Shown here: positions 25,955 through 35,965 of the stretch, piece by piece
How positions within the stretch are numbered: the first letter of the stretch is position 1
How the letters are laid out: every line of letters begins with the position of its first letter
Assembly: GCA_963677435.1 (NCBI GenBank)
Contig: OY781945.1
Coordinates: forward strand, 2,048,001 to 2,112,000
Source: an uncultured Aliarcobacter sp.
Lineage (GTDB): Bacteria > Campylobacterota > Campylobacteria > Campylobacterales > Arcobacteraceae
Reading direction: 5' to 3'
Length of the DNA stretch: 64,000 nucleotides
Position numbers and translations under genes: made by a program
Notes under the pieces: generated by a model
Told to the model about the DNA's origin: nothing
Databases searched by the model: none
What the model saw: only the letters and a program-made list of their open reading frames with translations

Positions 25955-26815
25955 ATGGCAAAAAGTTTATATGAAACACTTGAAATAAATGAAAACGCAT
26001 CAGCAGATGATATAAAAAAAGCCTACAGAAAATTAGCTAGAAAATATCATCCTGATGTTAATAAAGACCCAAAAGCTGAAGATAAATTCAAAGAAATTAA
26101 TGCAGCATACGAAGTTCTAAGTAATCCAGAAAAAAAACAACAATATGACCAACATGGTGACTCAATGTTTGGTGGACAAAATTTCCATGACTTCGCAAGA
26201 GGTCAGGGATCAAATGTTGATTTAGATGAAATTTTAAGACAAATGTTTGGTGGTGGAGGTGGATTTGGAAGATCTGGCTTCTCTCAAGGTGGATTTGGAG
26301 GGTTTAGTGAACCTGACTTAGATACAAATGCTCAAATTACTATTCCTTTTGATGTTGCAGTTCTTGGAGGAAAACAATTTATTAACATAAATAATGACTC
26401 TTTTGATGTAAAAATTCCAGAAGGAATTGAAGATGGACAAAAAATAAGAGCAAAAGGAAAAGGAAAAGCATATCAAGGACAAAGAGGCGATTTAATTTTA
26501 AAAATTAATGTTGCAACAAGTCCTGATTATGAAAGAACTGGTGATACTTTAGTTAAATCTTTTGATTTACCTTTAAAAACTGCTCTATTTGGTGGAAAAG
26601 TTGAAATTAAAACAATCCACAAAGACATAACATTAAAAGTTCCACAAAATACAAAACAAAATCAAAGATTTAGAGTAAAAGAACTGGGAGTTTTAAATAG
26701 AAAAGCAGGAGTAAAAGGAGATTTATATTTAAAAGCAAATATTGTCTTACCTAAACTTGAAGATTTAGATGAAGATTTGGTAAAAATCTTAGAAGAAAAA
26801 CTTCCTTCTAACTAA
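25955..26815 (+). CDS. cbpA: DnaJ-class co-chaperone CbpA
   Basis: J domain with HPD, G/F region, no Zn finger; directly upstream of hspR. Confidence 0.9.
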   Translation: MAKSLYETLEINENASADDIKKAYRKLARKYHPDVNKDPKAEDKFKEINAAYEVLSNPEKKQQYDQHGDSMFGGQNFHDFARGQGSNVDLDEILRQMFGGGGGFGRSGFSQGGFGGFSEPDLDTNAQITIPFDVAVLGGKQFININNDSFDVKIPEGIEDGQKIRAKGKGKAYQGQRGDLILKINVATSPDYERTGDTLVKSFDLPLKTALFGGKVEIKTIHKDITLKVPQNTKQNQRFRVKELGVLNRKAGVKGDLYLKANIVLPKLEDLDEDLVKILEEKLPSN

Positions 26816-26825
26816 AGGTTCACTT

Positions 26826-27215
26826 ATGGAAACAAATAGCTATATTGAACCTGTATATCTTATTTCTGCTGTTGCAGAGATTTTGAATATTCATCCACAA
26901 ACATTAAGACAATATGAGAGAGAGGGCTTAATTAAGCCCTCAAGAACAAATGGAAAAATAAGACTCTATTCTCAAAAAGACATAGACCATATAAAGTATG
27001 TATTAACACTCACTAGAGAACTTGGTGTTAATTTAGCAGGTGTTGATATTATTTTACAATTAAATACAAAAATACAAAATTTGGAAAATGATATTCATAT
27101 CTATAAAACAAAAATAAAAAGTATTAATAATCTCTCAGTTGTTCCTGATACAAAGGCATTAGTGGTTCAAAATAGCTCTTTTGATATGGTAATTATAGAG
27201 AAAACTAAAAAATAA
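26826..27215 (+). CDS. hspR: Heat-shock repressor HspR (MerR family)
   Basis: EPVYLISAVAEILNIHPQTLRQYER...LGVNLAGV. Confidence 0.93.
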   Translation: METNSYIEPVYLISAVAEILNIHPQTLRQYEREGLIKPSRTNGKIRLYSQKDIDHIKYVLTLTRELGVNLAGVDIILQLNTKIQNLENDIHIYKTKIKSINNLSVVPDTKALVVQNSSFDMVIIEKTKK

Positions 27216-27315
27216 AAGATTCAATATTCGACTCGAAAAAAATAATTAGGAAAGAGATACATATTTTCTTAAAAATTAGATACAATTTCGCAATACTTTT
27301 ATAAGGATACCCAAT

Positions 27316-27519
27316 ATGTTTTCTGTACCAAGTGGAATGGAATTAGGCATTATCGTTTTAGTTATTTTATTGATGTTTGGTGGTAAAAAAATACCTGAAT
27401 TAGCAAAAGGCTTAGGAAGTGGAATTAAAAACTTCAAACAAGCATTAAAAGAAGATGAAGAGACTTTATCTCCAGTTGCAAAAGAGACAAGTACAGATAG
27501 TAAAAGTAACAATGTATAG
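27316..27519 (+). CDS. tatA: Twin-arginine translocase TatA/E
   Basis: [24 protein letters not shown]. Confidence 0.92.
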   Translation: MFSVPSGMELGIIVLVILLMFGGKKIPELAKGLGSGIKNFKQALKEDEETLSPVAKETSTDSKSNNV

Positions 27520-27528
27520 AAGTCTTAA

Positions 27529-27861
27529 ATGAAAAATAAACTATTGAAAATCATCCCTGTAGTATCAATTATCATTTTTTGTTCTTTATCTACATTGGGA
27601 AAAAATGACTTAAAAGCAAGCGATATTACTTTAGAGCAAATAGAAGTAAAACATCTAGCATCTCAAGAAGTTTTAAAGAAAGTCGCTCAACATGAAATAG
27701 AAACAAGCTGGATTAATGCTTCGATTGTTTCAGTTGAAAAAAATAATTTAGAGTCAAAATGGCTTATTATTTTTAAAAATGAAGAGATTACTCAAAAAGA
27801 TAAAAAACTCAATATTTCTATTAATTCAAATGGTGATATTATCGAAAGTAAACTTATCTAA
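27529..27861 (+). CDS. Hypothetical exported protein
   Basis: ORF with signal-peptide-like N-terminus. Confidence 0.6.
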   Translation: MKNKLLKIIPVVSIIIFCSLSTLGKNDLKASDITLEQIEVKHLASQEVLKKVAQHEIETSWINASIVSVEKNNLESKWLIIFKNEEITQKDKKLNISINSNGDIIESKLI

Positions 27862-27909
27862 AACCTTTAAAAGAGTCTAGTTTTTATAGACTAGATTACC
27901 TTTTAAAGC

Positions 27910-28539
27910 TTATTCACTACAAATTTCAATACCCATTCTTAGAAACCCTGTAAATGCAGCATTATCAAATCCTAGTGATTTATCAACTTTTGACTTTATA
28001 GAACTTAATTCTTTTGAATACTCTTTATAAAACTCATAAGATGGTTTTGGTTTATATATTAAGTTTGGTATTTCCAGATATTTAATGATATTTTTTGTTG
28101 TAGTTGGTTTAATAAAAAACTCTTTTTGTCTATTTATACAATAAGGCACTAAAGTAACCAAAGTCCACTTTGCCATGCCAAACTGAGCTAAAAATTCCAC
28201 AAGTCCTTCAAAACCATTTTTCTTATTTCCATACAACAACTCATAAAGTTCAATACTTAACATATCTTTTTCATAAGAACTCAAAGCTTTGATAACATCA
28301 CGAAGTTTTGCCTTGTCAAACAAAGATACCATAACTGATTTCTGAATAGTTTTAAAATATGCTTCTGTTATAAAATGTGGATTTGAAAAGTTCTGTTTTA
28401 AAAAAGCCTCTTTTGCATAAACTTCCAGCTTTTCAGGATTAAACTTTTTTATTATTGGTAGTAATTTTTCATCGTCAAAACCCTTTGGATATAATTCAAA
28501 AAATTCAGCTTCAATGTCTTTTAGTTTTTCAATATTCAT
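27910..28539 (-). CDS. Hypothetical protein
   Basis: 209-aa ORF; no motif recognised. Confidence 0.75.
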   Translation of the reverse strand: MNIEKLKDIEAEFFELYPKGFDDEKLLPIIKKFNPEKLEVYAKEAFLKQNFSNPHFITEAYFKTIQKSVMVSLFDKAKLRDVIKALSSYEKDMLSIELYELLYGNKKNGFEGLVEFLAQFGMAKWTLVTLVPYCINRQKEFFIKPTTTKNIIKYLEIPNLIYKPKPSYEFYKEYSKELSSIKSKVDKSLGFDNAAFTGFLRMGIEICSE

Positions 28540-28559
28540 AGTATTTTTTTCTCTTAATT

Positions 28560-29635
28560 TTAAAAATCTCCCATTAATTTATCATTATCGCTAAAATAAT
28601 CAGTCATATATTCATTTTTAATTTCTAATAAGATTTCAGAAATACGAATAGCATTTTCACTTGATGTGATGATAGTTTGAATTCCAATTTTGTTTAACTG
28701 ATGAATTGCAGAATAAATACCCTCTTCATAACTGTTATTATCTCCATCAAAAGGGCTATCAAAAGCAACAAATTTGATAAGTCTTTTTTGTGCATATGTT
28801 TCAGCTAATGCAGAGGCAAAGATTAAACATAAAAGTTTTTTTATAGTAGGCTCATCTTTTGAATCTTCATTATTTTCAACTTTAAAACTAAACTCTATAT
28901 CATTTGAACTGTTTAAATCAATTAAAAAAGTCACCTCTTTATTTAATATTATTCTTCCATATTTTGCAACACTATATTTCAATCTATCTATAAAACGGCT
29001 GCTAATTAATGTTTTATTTTCTTCAATTACTTTTTCTAAATCACTTTGTGCATTTTTTAAAGTTGTTGTATCAATACCTTCTTTTCTGATTATTTCATCA
29101 AGTTCATATTTTTTTCGAATTTTTCGCCCATCAATACCTAGAAGATTTGAAATAACAGTTTTGTATTCTATTTCATGAAGAGTTGTGTGTTTATTAATAT
29201 AAAGGCATCATTTTGGTTAGATTCATCTCTTAAAAAGTATGTTATATATGTTCTAAATTTATTTATAGAATAATTAACTTTATTTTCAAAAAAAGATTTA
29301 GCAATACCTAAACTGCCTTTTATATTAAAATCTTTTTCATCTAAAAGCAGGGATTTTTCTTTTGTGATTTTTAATTCAATATTTTTACCGCTAGTTGTAG
29401 GTCTTTTAATGGTTATATATCTATTTGCAGCAATTTGAAGTTCTATATAAAAAATATAATCTTTAAAATGCTCGTTCCCAAGAAAATATTTATCACCTAA
29501 CAAACAAAAATCTATTAGTTTAAATAGACTACTTTTCCCAACACCGTTTGTATCTGATAGAATAAAGTTTATACCGTTATCAAATTCTATGGTTTTAAAA
29601 TTATCATTGTTTGAATACAATTTTGATATTTTCAT
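28560..29635 (-). pseudogene. Frameshifted DUF2326-like ABC-type ATPase
   Basis: Walker A NGVGKS in 29168-29635; adding one base near 29195 gives FILNKHTTLHEIEYKTVISNLLGIDGRKIRKKYELD..., which runs in frame into 28560-28982 (FVAFDSPFDG Walker B-like, IQTIIT). Confidence 0.75.
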
Positions 29636-29732
29636 TTAAAATTCCTTATTTATTTTCTTGTTTAGATTTGTAAATAAAAGTTACTTGTCCCCTTTTATCA
29701 ATTATATAGCTATTCAGGAAATTCTTTTATAT

Positions 29733-30641
29733 CTATTTTAAGAAATCAGGGATTGAACCAATTTTAGATTTTTTAATCATTGGTTTTTCAAATATTGCAT
29801 GGAGGATTTCTTTTAATTGTTCTTCATATTGAGAATCTTCTAACATATAAACTGCTATATATTGTCTCATAAAAAGAGGTATACTTTCTTTTGTTGAACC
29901 ACTTCTTAATATAGGTATATATTTTGTATTTCCAACTATATTTTCACAAACTTCACTATTAAGAATTGAATATTCAATTCCAGCTCCACCAGTTCTTCCT
30001 GATGCTTTGTTTTTATATAGTTCAGTAAAAATAATAAGAACTTTATCTGCAGTTTCAATTGACTCTTCCATAAAGTGAGAAAGATTTTTTCCTGCTATTA
30101 ATTCATATCTATCTAAAATAGTCTCAACTCCATTTTTTCTTAAATCATCAGAAAGATTTAAAACCCATTTTTTGTGAAGTTCATTATCCCAAGAATAAGA
30201 GATAAAAACTTTTGGTGGAATATGAGAAATTTGTTTTTCTTCAAAAATATTTTTTTCTACTTTATTATCAAAAAAAATTTCTTTAATTTCTTCTTTTAAT
30301 TTTGCTTGATGTTCTTGTTTAAAAATATCACTAATACTTTTTCTATCGGGTACTGTTTGAACAGAAATAGAAGACTCATTTACTATTTCATTTATTCTTT
30401 GAATTATTTCTTCCCTTATCACTTCATCAAATTCATTTAATATTTCATAGAAAAAAACTTTCCTACTTGTGCTTTTTCCTTGTGAATTTCTTATATCTAT
30501 ATATTGTCTATAATCTGGATAATTATTATCAAATTCTCGAATTACATCTAAAAATCTTGGTCCAGAAAAATAAGCATCACCTTGTTGGTTTATTTTATTA
30601 AATACATCATTAAATTGTCTAACCCAATTCACTTTATTCAT
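29733..30641 (-). CDS. SEFIR/TIR domain protein (C-terminal TIR)
   Basis: KVFISYSWDNELHKKWVLNLSDDLRKNGVETILD...FMEESI..ADKVLII...GGAGIE...YIPILR. Confidence 0.85.
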   Translation of the reverse strand: MNKVNWVRQFNDVFNKINQQGDAYFSGPRFLDVIREFDNNYPDYRQYIDIRNSQGKSTSRKVFFYEILNEFDEVIREEIIQRINEIVNESSISVQTVPDRKSISDIFKQEHQAKLKEEIKEIFFDNKVEKNIFEEKQISHIPPKVFISYSWDNELHKKWVLNLSDDLRKNGVETILDRYELIAGKNLSHFMEESIETADKVLIIFTELYKNKASGRTGGAGIEYSILNSEVCENIVGNTKYIPILRSGSTKESIPLFMRQYIAVYMLEDSQYEEQLKEILHAIFEKPMIKKSKIGSIPDFLK

Positions 30642-30681
30642 TAAATATCTCTTTATATTAATTTTCTTGATTGAATAATAA

Positions 30682-31782
30682 TCAAAACTTCCGAATCAAA
30701 TTCTCAAAAACAGCCGTCAACCCCTCAACCTCGTTAACAGTAGTTCTTTCCCCAATACTATGAATAGTATCATTTATAACACCAAACTCGATAGCTTCGA
30801 TTCCAAATGCTCCAAAATATCTGGCGTCACTTGTTCCACCTGCTGTTGAGTGTTTTGTTGTTACTCCTAGAACTTCTTTTATTGAAGTCTCCATTGCACG
30901 AACCACTTTTGATTCTTTGTTTGTTACAAAGGGATATGAGCCTTGTGTTGTTCTTAAACTATAGTTTAGATGTCCGAAGATTTTTTCTATGTAAGCTTCT
31001 ACATCTTCTTTTTTTGTATTTGTTGAATTTCGTACATTAAACATCAAATCAAGTTTATTTGGTGTTACATTTGTTACTTGCATTCCTGCTCTTATATCTG
31101 TAATTACCAGTTTACTTGGGGCAAAATATTCATCTCCATTGTCTAGGTCAAAGCCAGCTATTTTTTCTAAGATTGGAGCTATTTGATGAACTGGATTTAT
31201 TCCTTTTTCTGGATATGCTGCATGTCCTTGTTTTCCTTGGATTGTTAAATATCCATTTATGCTTCCTCGTCTCCCTACTTTGATTGCATCACCAAATACA
31301 ACTTCACAAGTTGGTTCTGCTACAACTGCGTAGTTTGGAATCATATCTATGCTTTTTAGGTGTTCAAGCATTTTAATAGTTCCGTAAGTTCCCTCACCCT
31401 CTTCATCACTTGTCATTAAAATACTTAACATTCCATCAAAATTAACTGCGTGTTTACAAGCATATAAAAAAGCAGCATCTCCACTTTTCATATCTTGAGC
31501 ACCTCTAGCACTTATTACTCCATCAACTACATCAGCAGCAAAAGGGTCGATTGGCCAACCATCACCAACTGGAACTACATCAATGTGTCCGGCAAAACAA
31601 AGATGTTGTGGGCTTTCATTGAATTTTTTATAATAAAATCTATTTTTTACACCTTCCATATCTACTTTTATACAAGTCCAAGTATCACCTAAATACTCTT
31701 CTATAAAATCAAATGCTCCATCATCATGTGGAGTTAGTGATTTGAATCTTAATAATTTTTGAAATAATTCTATAATAGTCAT
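30682..31782 (-). CDS. dapE: Succinyl-diaminopimelate desuccinylase
   Basis: FAGHIDVVP, RGAQDMKS, SDEEG, GRRGS, GHAAYP, GGTSDAR. Confidence 0.95.
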   Translation of the reverse strand: MTIIELFQKLLRFKSLTPHDDGAFDFIEEYLGDTWTCIKVDMEGVKNRFYYKKFNESPQHLCFAGHIDVVPVGDGWPIDPFAADVVDGVISARGAQDMKSGDAAFLYACKHAVNFDGMLSILMTSDEEGEGTYGTIKMLEHLKSIDMIPNYAVVAEPTCEVVFGDAIKVGRRGSINGYLTIQGKQGHAAYPEKGINPVHQIAPILEKIAGFDLDNGDEYFAPSKLVITDIRAGMQVTNVTPNKLDLMFNVRNSTNTKKEDVEAYIEKIFGHLNYSLRTTQGSYPFVTNKESKVVRAMETSIKEVLGVTTKHSTAGGTSDARYFGAFGIEAIEFGVINDTIHSIGERTTVNEVEGLTAVFENLIRKF

Positions 31783-31893
31783 TTATATATCCTTTTAGTT
31801 GGGGCAGATTTTAGCTAACTTAACTTTATTTTGTTATAATAAAACAGATTTAAAAAGAATTTATTTTTATTATTTACTCACAAAAGGTCTCAT

Positions 31894-34800
31894 ATGGGAA
31901 AACTAGAAAAATCATTTTATTGGCTTTGTTTCGCACTTACTATTTATATTACAATAGGATTCAAACTTGTTCCAGTTATTTTAAAAGATGAATTAATCAA
32001 AAATTTAGATGAAAATCTAACATTAAAAACAAGTATTAAAAAGGTTGAATTTAATCCTTTTACTTTTGCTGCAAAAATTCATGATTTCAAATTATCAGAT
32101 TCAAATAATATCCCAACTATATCATTCAGTGAATTTTCAATAAACTTTGCATTTCTAAAATCAATCGACAAAGTAGCTATCTGTTTCAAAGATATTCTTT
32201 TAAAAGATGCTTTTGTAAATATTATTGAAGAAAAAGATGGAAGTATAAATTTAGCAAAACTTGTAAAACCCTCACCTGTTGAAGATAAGAAAGAAGAACC
32301 AAGTAGTTCTTCAAATATTGAATTTTTAATTTCAAAACTTGTACTTGAAAATGCAAATATTAAATATTCAAATCAAGATGAAAAACCTTATTCTTTAAAC
32401 TTAGAAAACATAAATTACACTTTGTATGACTTAGGAACTTATAAGAACATCCTTTCATCAAATGATTTAGAACTCAAATTAAATGAACATACCCATATTT
32501 CAGTAGTTGGAGCTTTTAATTTAGTGCCATTTAAAGCCTATGGAAAAATCACTATTGATGATTTAAGGCTAAAAGAGTTATTAGCCTATAAAGAAAATTT
32601 CTTTAATTTTGACCTAAATGAAGAAGCAAATTTAAATTTAATATTAAATTACAATGTAGATACTACAGGAAATTTAGAGTTACAACTAAGAAGTGAGAAA
32701 CTTGAACTTAATAAAATAAATCTAAACCAAAATAAAACTTCAATAGCAAATCTTGAAAAACTTGACATTAAAAATTTTACTTTTGACTTACAAAAACAAG
32801 ATATAAATCTTGATGATATTGATTTTAATACACTAAAAACAACTATGATTTCAGATAAAAATGGAATAAATTTCGCAAATCTTATCAAAGAGACAAAAAA
32901 TACAGATGAAGTAAAAAAACAAGAAGAACCAACAACTAAAACTCAAGAGCTATCAAAACCTTGGAATGTAAATCTATCAAATATAAAAGTAAATAATAGT
33001 GATTTTAGCTTTTTAGATAAAGTAAATAATAGTACAGCTAAAACTAAAGCTTTTAATATAAGCCTAGATAAATTAAAAATAGTTAATTCAGATGTAAGCT
33101 TGAATAATCTACTTTTAAAAACTCCTACTCTTTCATATAATGACAATAAAAATAGTTTATTTATATCTTCAAAAAATACAAATATAAATCTTGACAACTT
33201 AGCTTTAAAAGATTCTATTTTAGATATAAATAAAATTGAAATAACAAAAGATAAACTTACATTAAATGATAAAAAATCAAATTTTGATTTAGACTCAAAC
33301 AAGCTAAATCTTTTAGTAAATAAACTGAAGATTGTAAATAATAAAACTTCTATTGATAATGTAAATCTAAAAAGTTCAACTTTAGGTTTTGATGATAACA
33401 CATCAAAAATGAAAATTGATGGTACAAATATAAATGTTAATGTTAATGCTTTTTTACTTGATAATCAAGCTATTTCTATAAAAGCAATTAAACTTGATAA
33501 ACCATCAATAAAAATGAGTGATAAAACAAATAATATAGAACTAAATGCAAAAGATATTCAGCTTCAAGTTAATAACCTACTTAATAACAAAGATGATTTA
33601 TCAATAAACTCAATTAGACTAATAGAGCCTAATCTTGATTTTTTAAATACAAGTGACAAAACAAAAATTCAGGCAAAAAACTTAGATTTAGAGATAAAAA
33701 AACTATCTAATTCTACAAAAAAAGGTTTCAAGATTGAAAATACAAATCTAAATAAACCAAATATCTCTGTAATTTTGGCAAAAAAAGATTCAACTAAAGA
33801 AACAGTAAAAAGTGTAGAAAAACCACAAAATACAACAAAAACTAAGTTTATTAGTAAAAAAGATAGTTCAAATAAATCTTCTAAAACAAAGATTGAAATT
33901 GGCCCTATGAATATTACAAATGCAATATTTACTTTTGAAGATAAAAATTTACCACTTCCTTTTAAAACAACTGTAACAAAACTAAATGGGAAAATTTCTG
34001 AGTTTAAAAATAGAAGATCAAGTACTTCAAATCTTGAAGTAAAAGGTGTAGTTGACGAATATGGAGTTGCTAAAATCACAGGATTGGTTCATCCAAATAA
34101 TATAAAAATATTAACAGATATAAATCTGATTTTTAATAACATTGCTATAAAAAACTTCACTCCTTATTCTGGTAAGTTTGTAGGAAGAGAAATAAAAGAT
34201 GGGAAACTAGATTTAGATTTAAAATACAATATTGAAAAATCAAATCTTGAAGCAAAAAATAATATAGTTATCACAAAATTAGAACTTGGAAACAAAGTAG
34301 AAAGTCCAGATGCTATCTCTTTGCCTTTAGATATTGCTATTACTTTACTAAAAGATTCAAACGGTGTAATTGATATAAATCTTCCAGTTTCTGGAAATGT
34401 AGATGACCCACAATTTGCAATTGGTTCTATTCTTTGGAGAGCCTTTGTAAATCTAATGACAAAGGCTGTAACTGCACCATTTTCACTTCTTGGGGCATTA
34501 TTTAACTTTAGTCCTGATGAGATAAAAACTGTACGATTTGCTCCATTAGAAAAAGAAATTGGACCTATTCAAAAAGAGACTTTAGATAAAATTGCTCAGA
34601 TTCTAAAATCAAAAAGTGAAATAGCTATAAAATTAATACCCTCATACAATAATAATGATGAAATTTATGCTTTAAAAAAACAGAAATATCTTGCTAAAAA
34701 ACAAGATGATACAAATCTAAAAAAAGAAGAAATTGAATCATTAATTTCAAAAGAAAATGTAAAAACATCTCAATTAGAAAAAATTGCAAAAACAAGAGTA

Positions 34801-34920
34801 TCAAATATAAATAAATATTTAATAAAAGAAAAAGCAATAAGTTCTAAACAAATTATTATAGAAAATAAAATTGAAAATAATAGCTCTTCTATAATTTTAG
34901 ATATTTCAAAAATTAAATAA
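31894..34920 (+). CDS. DUF748/AsmA-like envelope protein
   Basis: N-terminal anchor, FNPFT, repetitive beta-strand segments, LLKDSNGVIDINLPVSGNVDDPQF. Confidence 0.85.
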   Translation: MGKLEKSFYWLCFALTIYITIGFKLVPVILKDELIKNLDENLTLKTSIKKVEFNPFTFAAKIHDFKLSDSNNIPTISFSEFSINFAFLKSIDKVAICFKDILLKDAFVNIIEEKDGSINLAKLVKPSPVEDKKEEPSSSSNIEFLISKLVLENANIKYSNQDEKPYSLNLENINYTLYDLGTYKNILSSNDLELKLNEHTHISVVGAFNLVPFKAYGKITIDDLRLKELLAYKENFFNFDLNEEANLNLILNYNVDTTGNLELQLRSEKLELNKINLNQNKTSIANLEKLDIKNFTFDLQKQDINLDDIDFNTLKTTMISDKNGINFANLIKETKNTDEVKKQEEPTTKTQELSKPWNVNLSNIKVNNSDFSFLDKVNNSTAKTKAFNISLDKLKIVNSDVSLNNLLLKTPTLSYNDNKNSLFISSKNTNINLDNLALKDSILDINKIEITKDKLTLNDKKSNFDLDSNKLNLLVNKLKIVNNKTSIDNVNLKSSTLGFDDNTSKMKIDGTNINVNVNAFLLDNQAISIKAIKLDKPSIKMSDKTNNIELNAKDIQLQVNNLLNNKDDLSINSIRLIEPNLDFLNTSDKTKIQAKNLDLEIKKLSNSTKKGFKIENTNLNKPNISVILAKKDSTKETVKSVEKPQNTTKTKFISKKDSSNKSSKTKIEIGPMNITNAIFTFEDKNLPLPFKTTVTKLNGKISEFKNRRSSTSNLEVKGVVDEYGVAKITGLVHPNNIKILTDINLIFNNIAIKNFTPYSGKFVGREIKDGKLDLDLKYNIEKSNLEAKNNIVITKLELGNKVESPDAISLPLDIAITLLKDSNGVIDINLPVSGNVDDPQFAIGSILWRAFVNLMTKAVTAPFSLLGALFNFSPDEIKTVRFAPLEKEIGPIQKETLDKIAQILKSKSEIAIKLIPSYNNNDEIYALKKQKYLAKKQDDTNLKKEEIESLISKENVKTSQLEKIAKTRVSNINKYLIKEKAISSKQIIIENKIENNSSSIILDISKIK

Positions 34921-35007
34921 ATATTATATTTACTTATAATTAAAGAATAATATTGACTTATTATTCTTTATGTGTTAATATCCTAAAAATCAAATTTTAG
35001 GATATTA

Positions 35008-35559
35008 ATGAATAAGATATTACCTCTTTTAATAATAGGATTACTTAGTGTAATTATCTACTCAACATTTAAAGAAATCACAAAAAGTTCAAAAATAAAA
35101 AGATTAGAATGTCAGTCACATACAACTACTTACGAAAAGATATTTGTTGATAATCCTATAGAAGATGCCATAAAATCTTTAGAATCAAATAACTATGAAA
35201 TAATCTCCGAAATAAAATATTCAAAATTTATGAAAAGTCATTTAATAGAAATTTTAACTAAAAAGCAAAGTGATGAAATTTTAGTAAAAACTATAGATAA
35301 ATATACAAATAAAAATCTATCTGCTAATGAAAAAATTTTGATTGATTATTATATTTATGAAAATGACAAAGAAGATAGTGGTAAAAAAAATGATAAAGCA
35401 AAACTATATGCTGGATATATAGTATTTGAATTTAAGTATGAAGATAAACTTGTGTATAAAATACAAACTGATTATATGAATATTGATGCAAATGATTTAG
35501 AAGAGAGAATGGATTGTGTAATTAATTCATTTATATCAATTAATAAAAAAGGGAAATAA
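35008..35559 (+). CDS. Hypothetical membrane-anchored protein
   Basis: ORF with N-terminal TM helix. Confidence 0.7.
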   Translation: MNKILPLLIIGLLSVIIYSTFKEITKSSKIKRLECQSHTTTYEKIFVDNPIEDAIKSLESNNYEIISEIKYSKFMKSHLIEILTKKQSDEILVKTIDKYTNKNLSANEKILIDYYIYENDKEDSGKKNDKAKLYAGYIVFEFKYEDKLVYKIQTDYMNIDANDLEERMDCVINSFISINKKGK

Positions 35560-35957
35560 TGAAAGAAAAAATATTTAAAGAAAAATATCCAATATTCGAA
35601 ATAGAATTTAAAAAAAATGAATTAAAATATAAAAATGTAGATGAAATAATTGTAGCACTAAAAGAAAAAATTGATGCCAATCCAGTTATTGCATTTATAG
35701 CTATTTTTGACCACTATAAACATACTTTGAGTTTACAAGATGGAATAATTAATCCAAATATTAAAGATGCAAAAAATATAATCTTTTGTTTTGGAAAAGA
35801 GATACCAACACCTGAAATAATGGCAGTTCGTCCTAGAAGTATTGGTGTTTGTGAAATGCAAGATTCATTTGTAATAAATTTTTTAGAAGCTCCAAGTGAA
35901 ACTGTAAATAAAACCATTAAAGAGTTTATAAAATCTCTAAAAACTTATATTTATTAA
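35559..35957 (+). CDS. Conserved hypothetical protein
   Basis: ORF coupled to the previous gene (TAATG); FDHY, AVRPRSIGV. Confidence 0.7.
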   Translation: MKEKIFKEKYPIFEIEFKKNELKYKNVDEIIVALKEKIDANPVIAFIAIFDHYKHTLSLQDGIINPNIKDAKNIIFCFGKEIPTPEIMAVRPRSIGVCEMQDSFVINFLEAPSETVNKTIKEFIKSLKTYIY

Positions 35958-35965
35958 GCTAAAAG

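Noticed and set aside
32900..33800. Internal repetitiveness in the DUF748 gene
   Set aside because: Expected for AsmA-like repeated beta-strand proteins; I saw no exact DNA-level tandem repeat.
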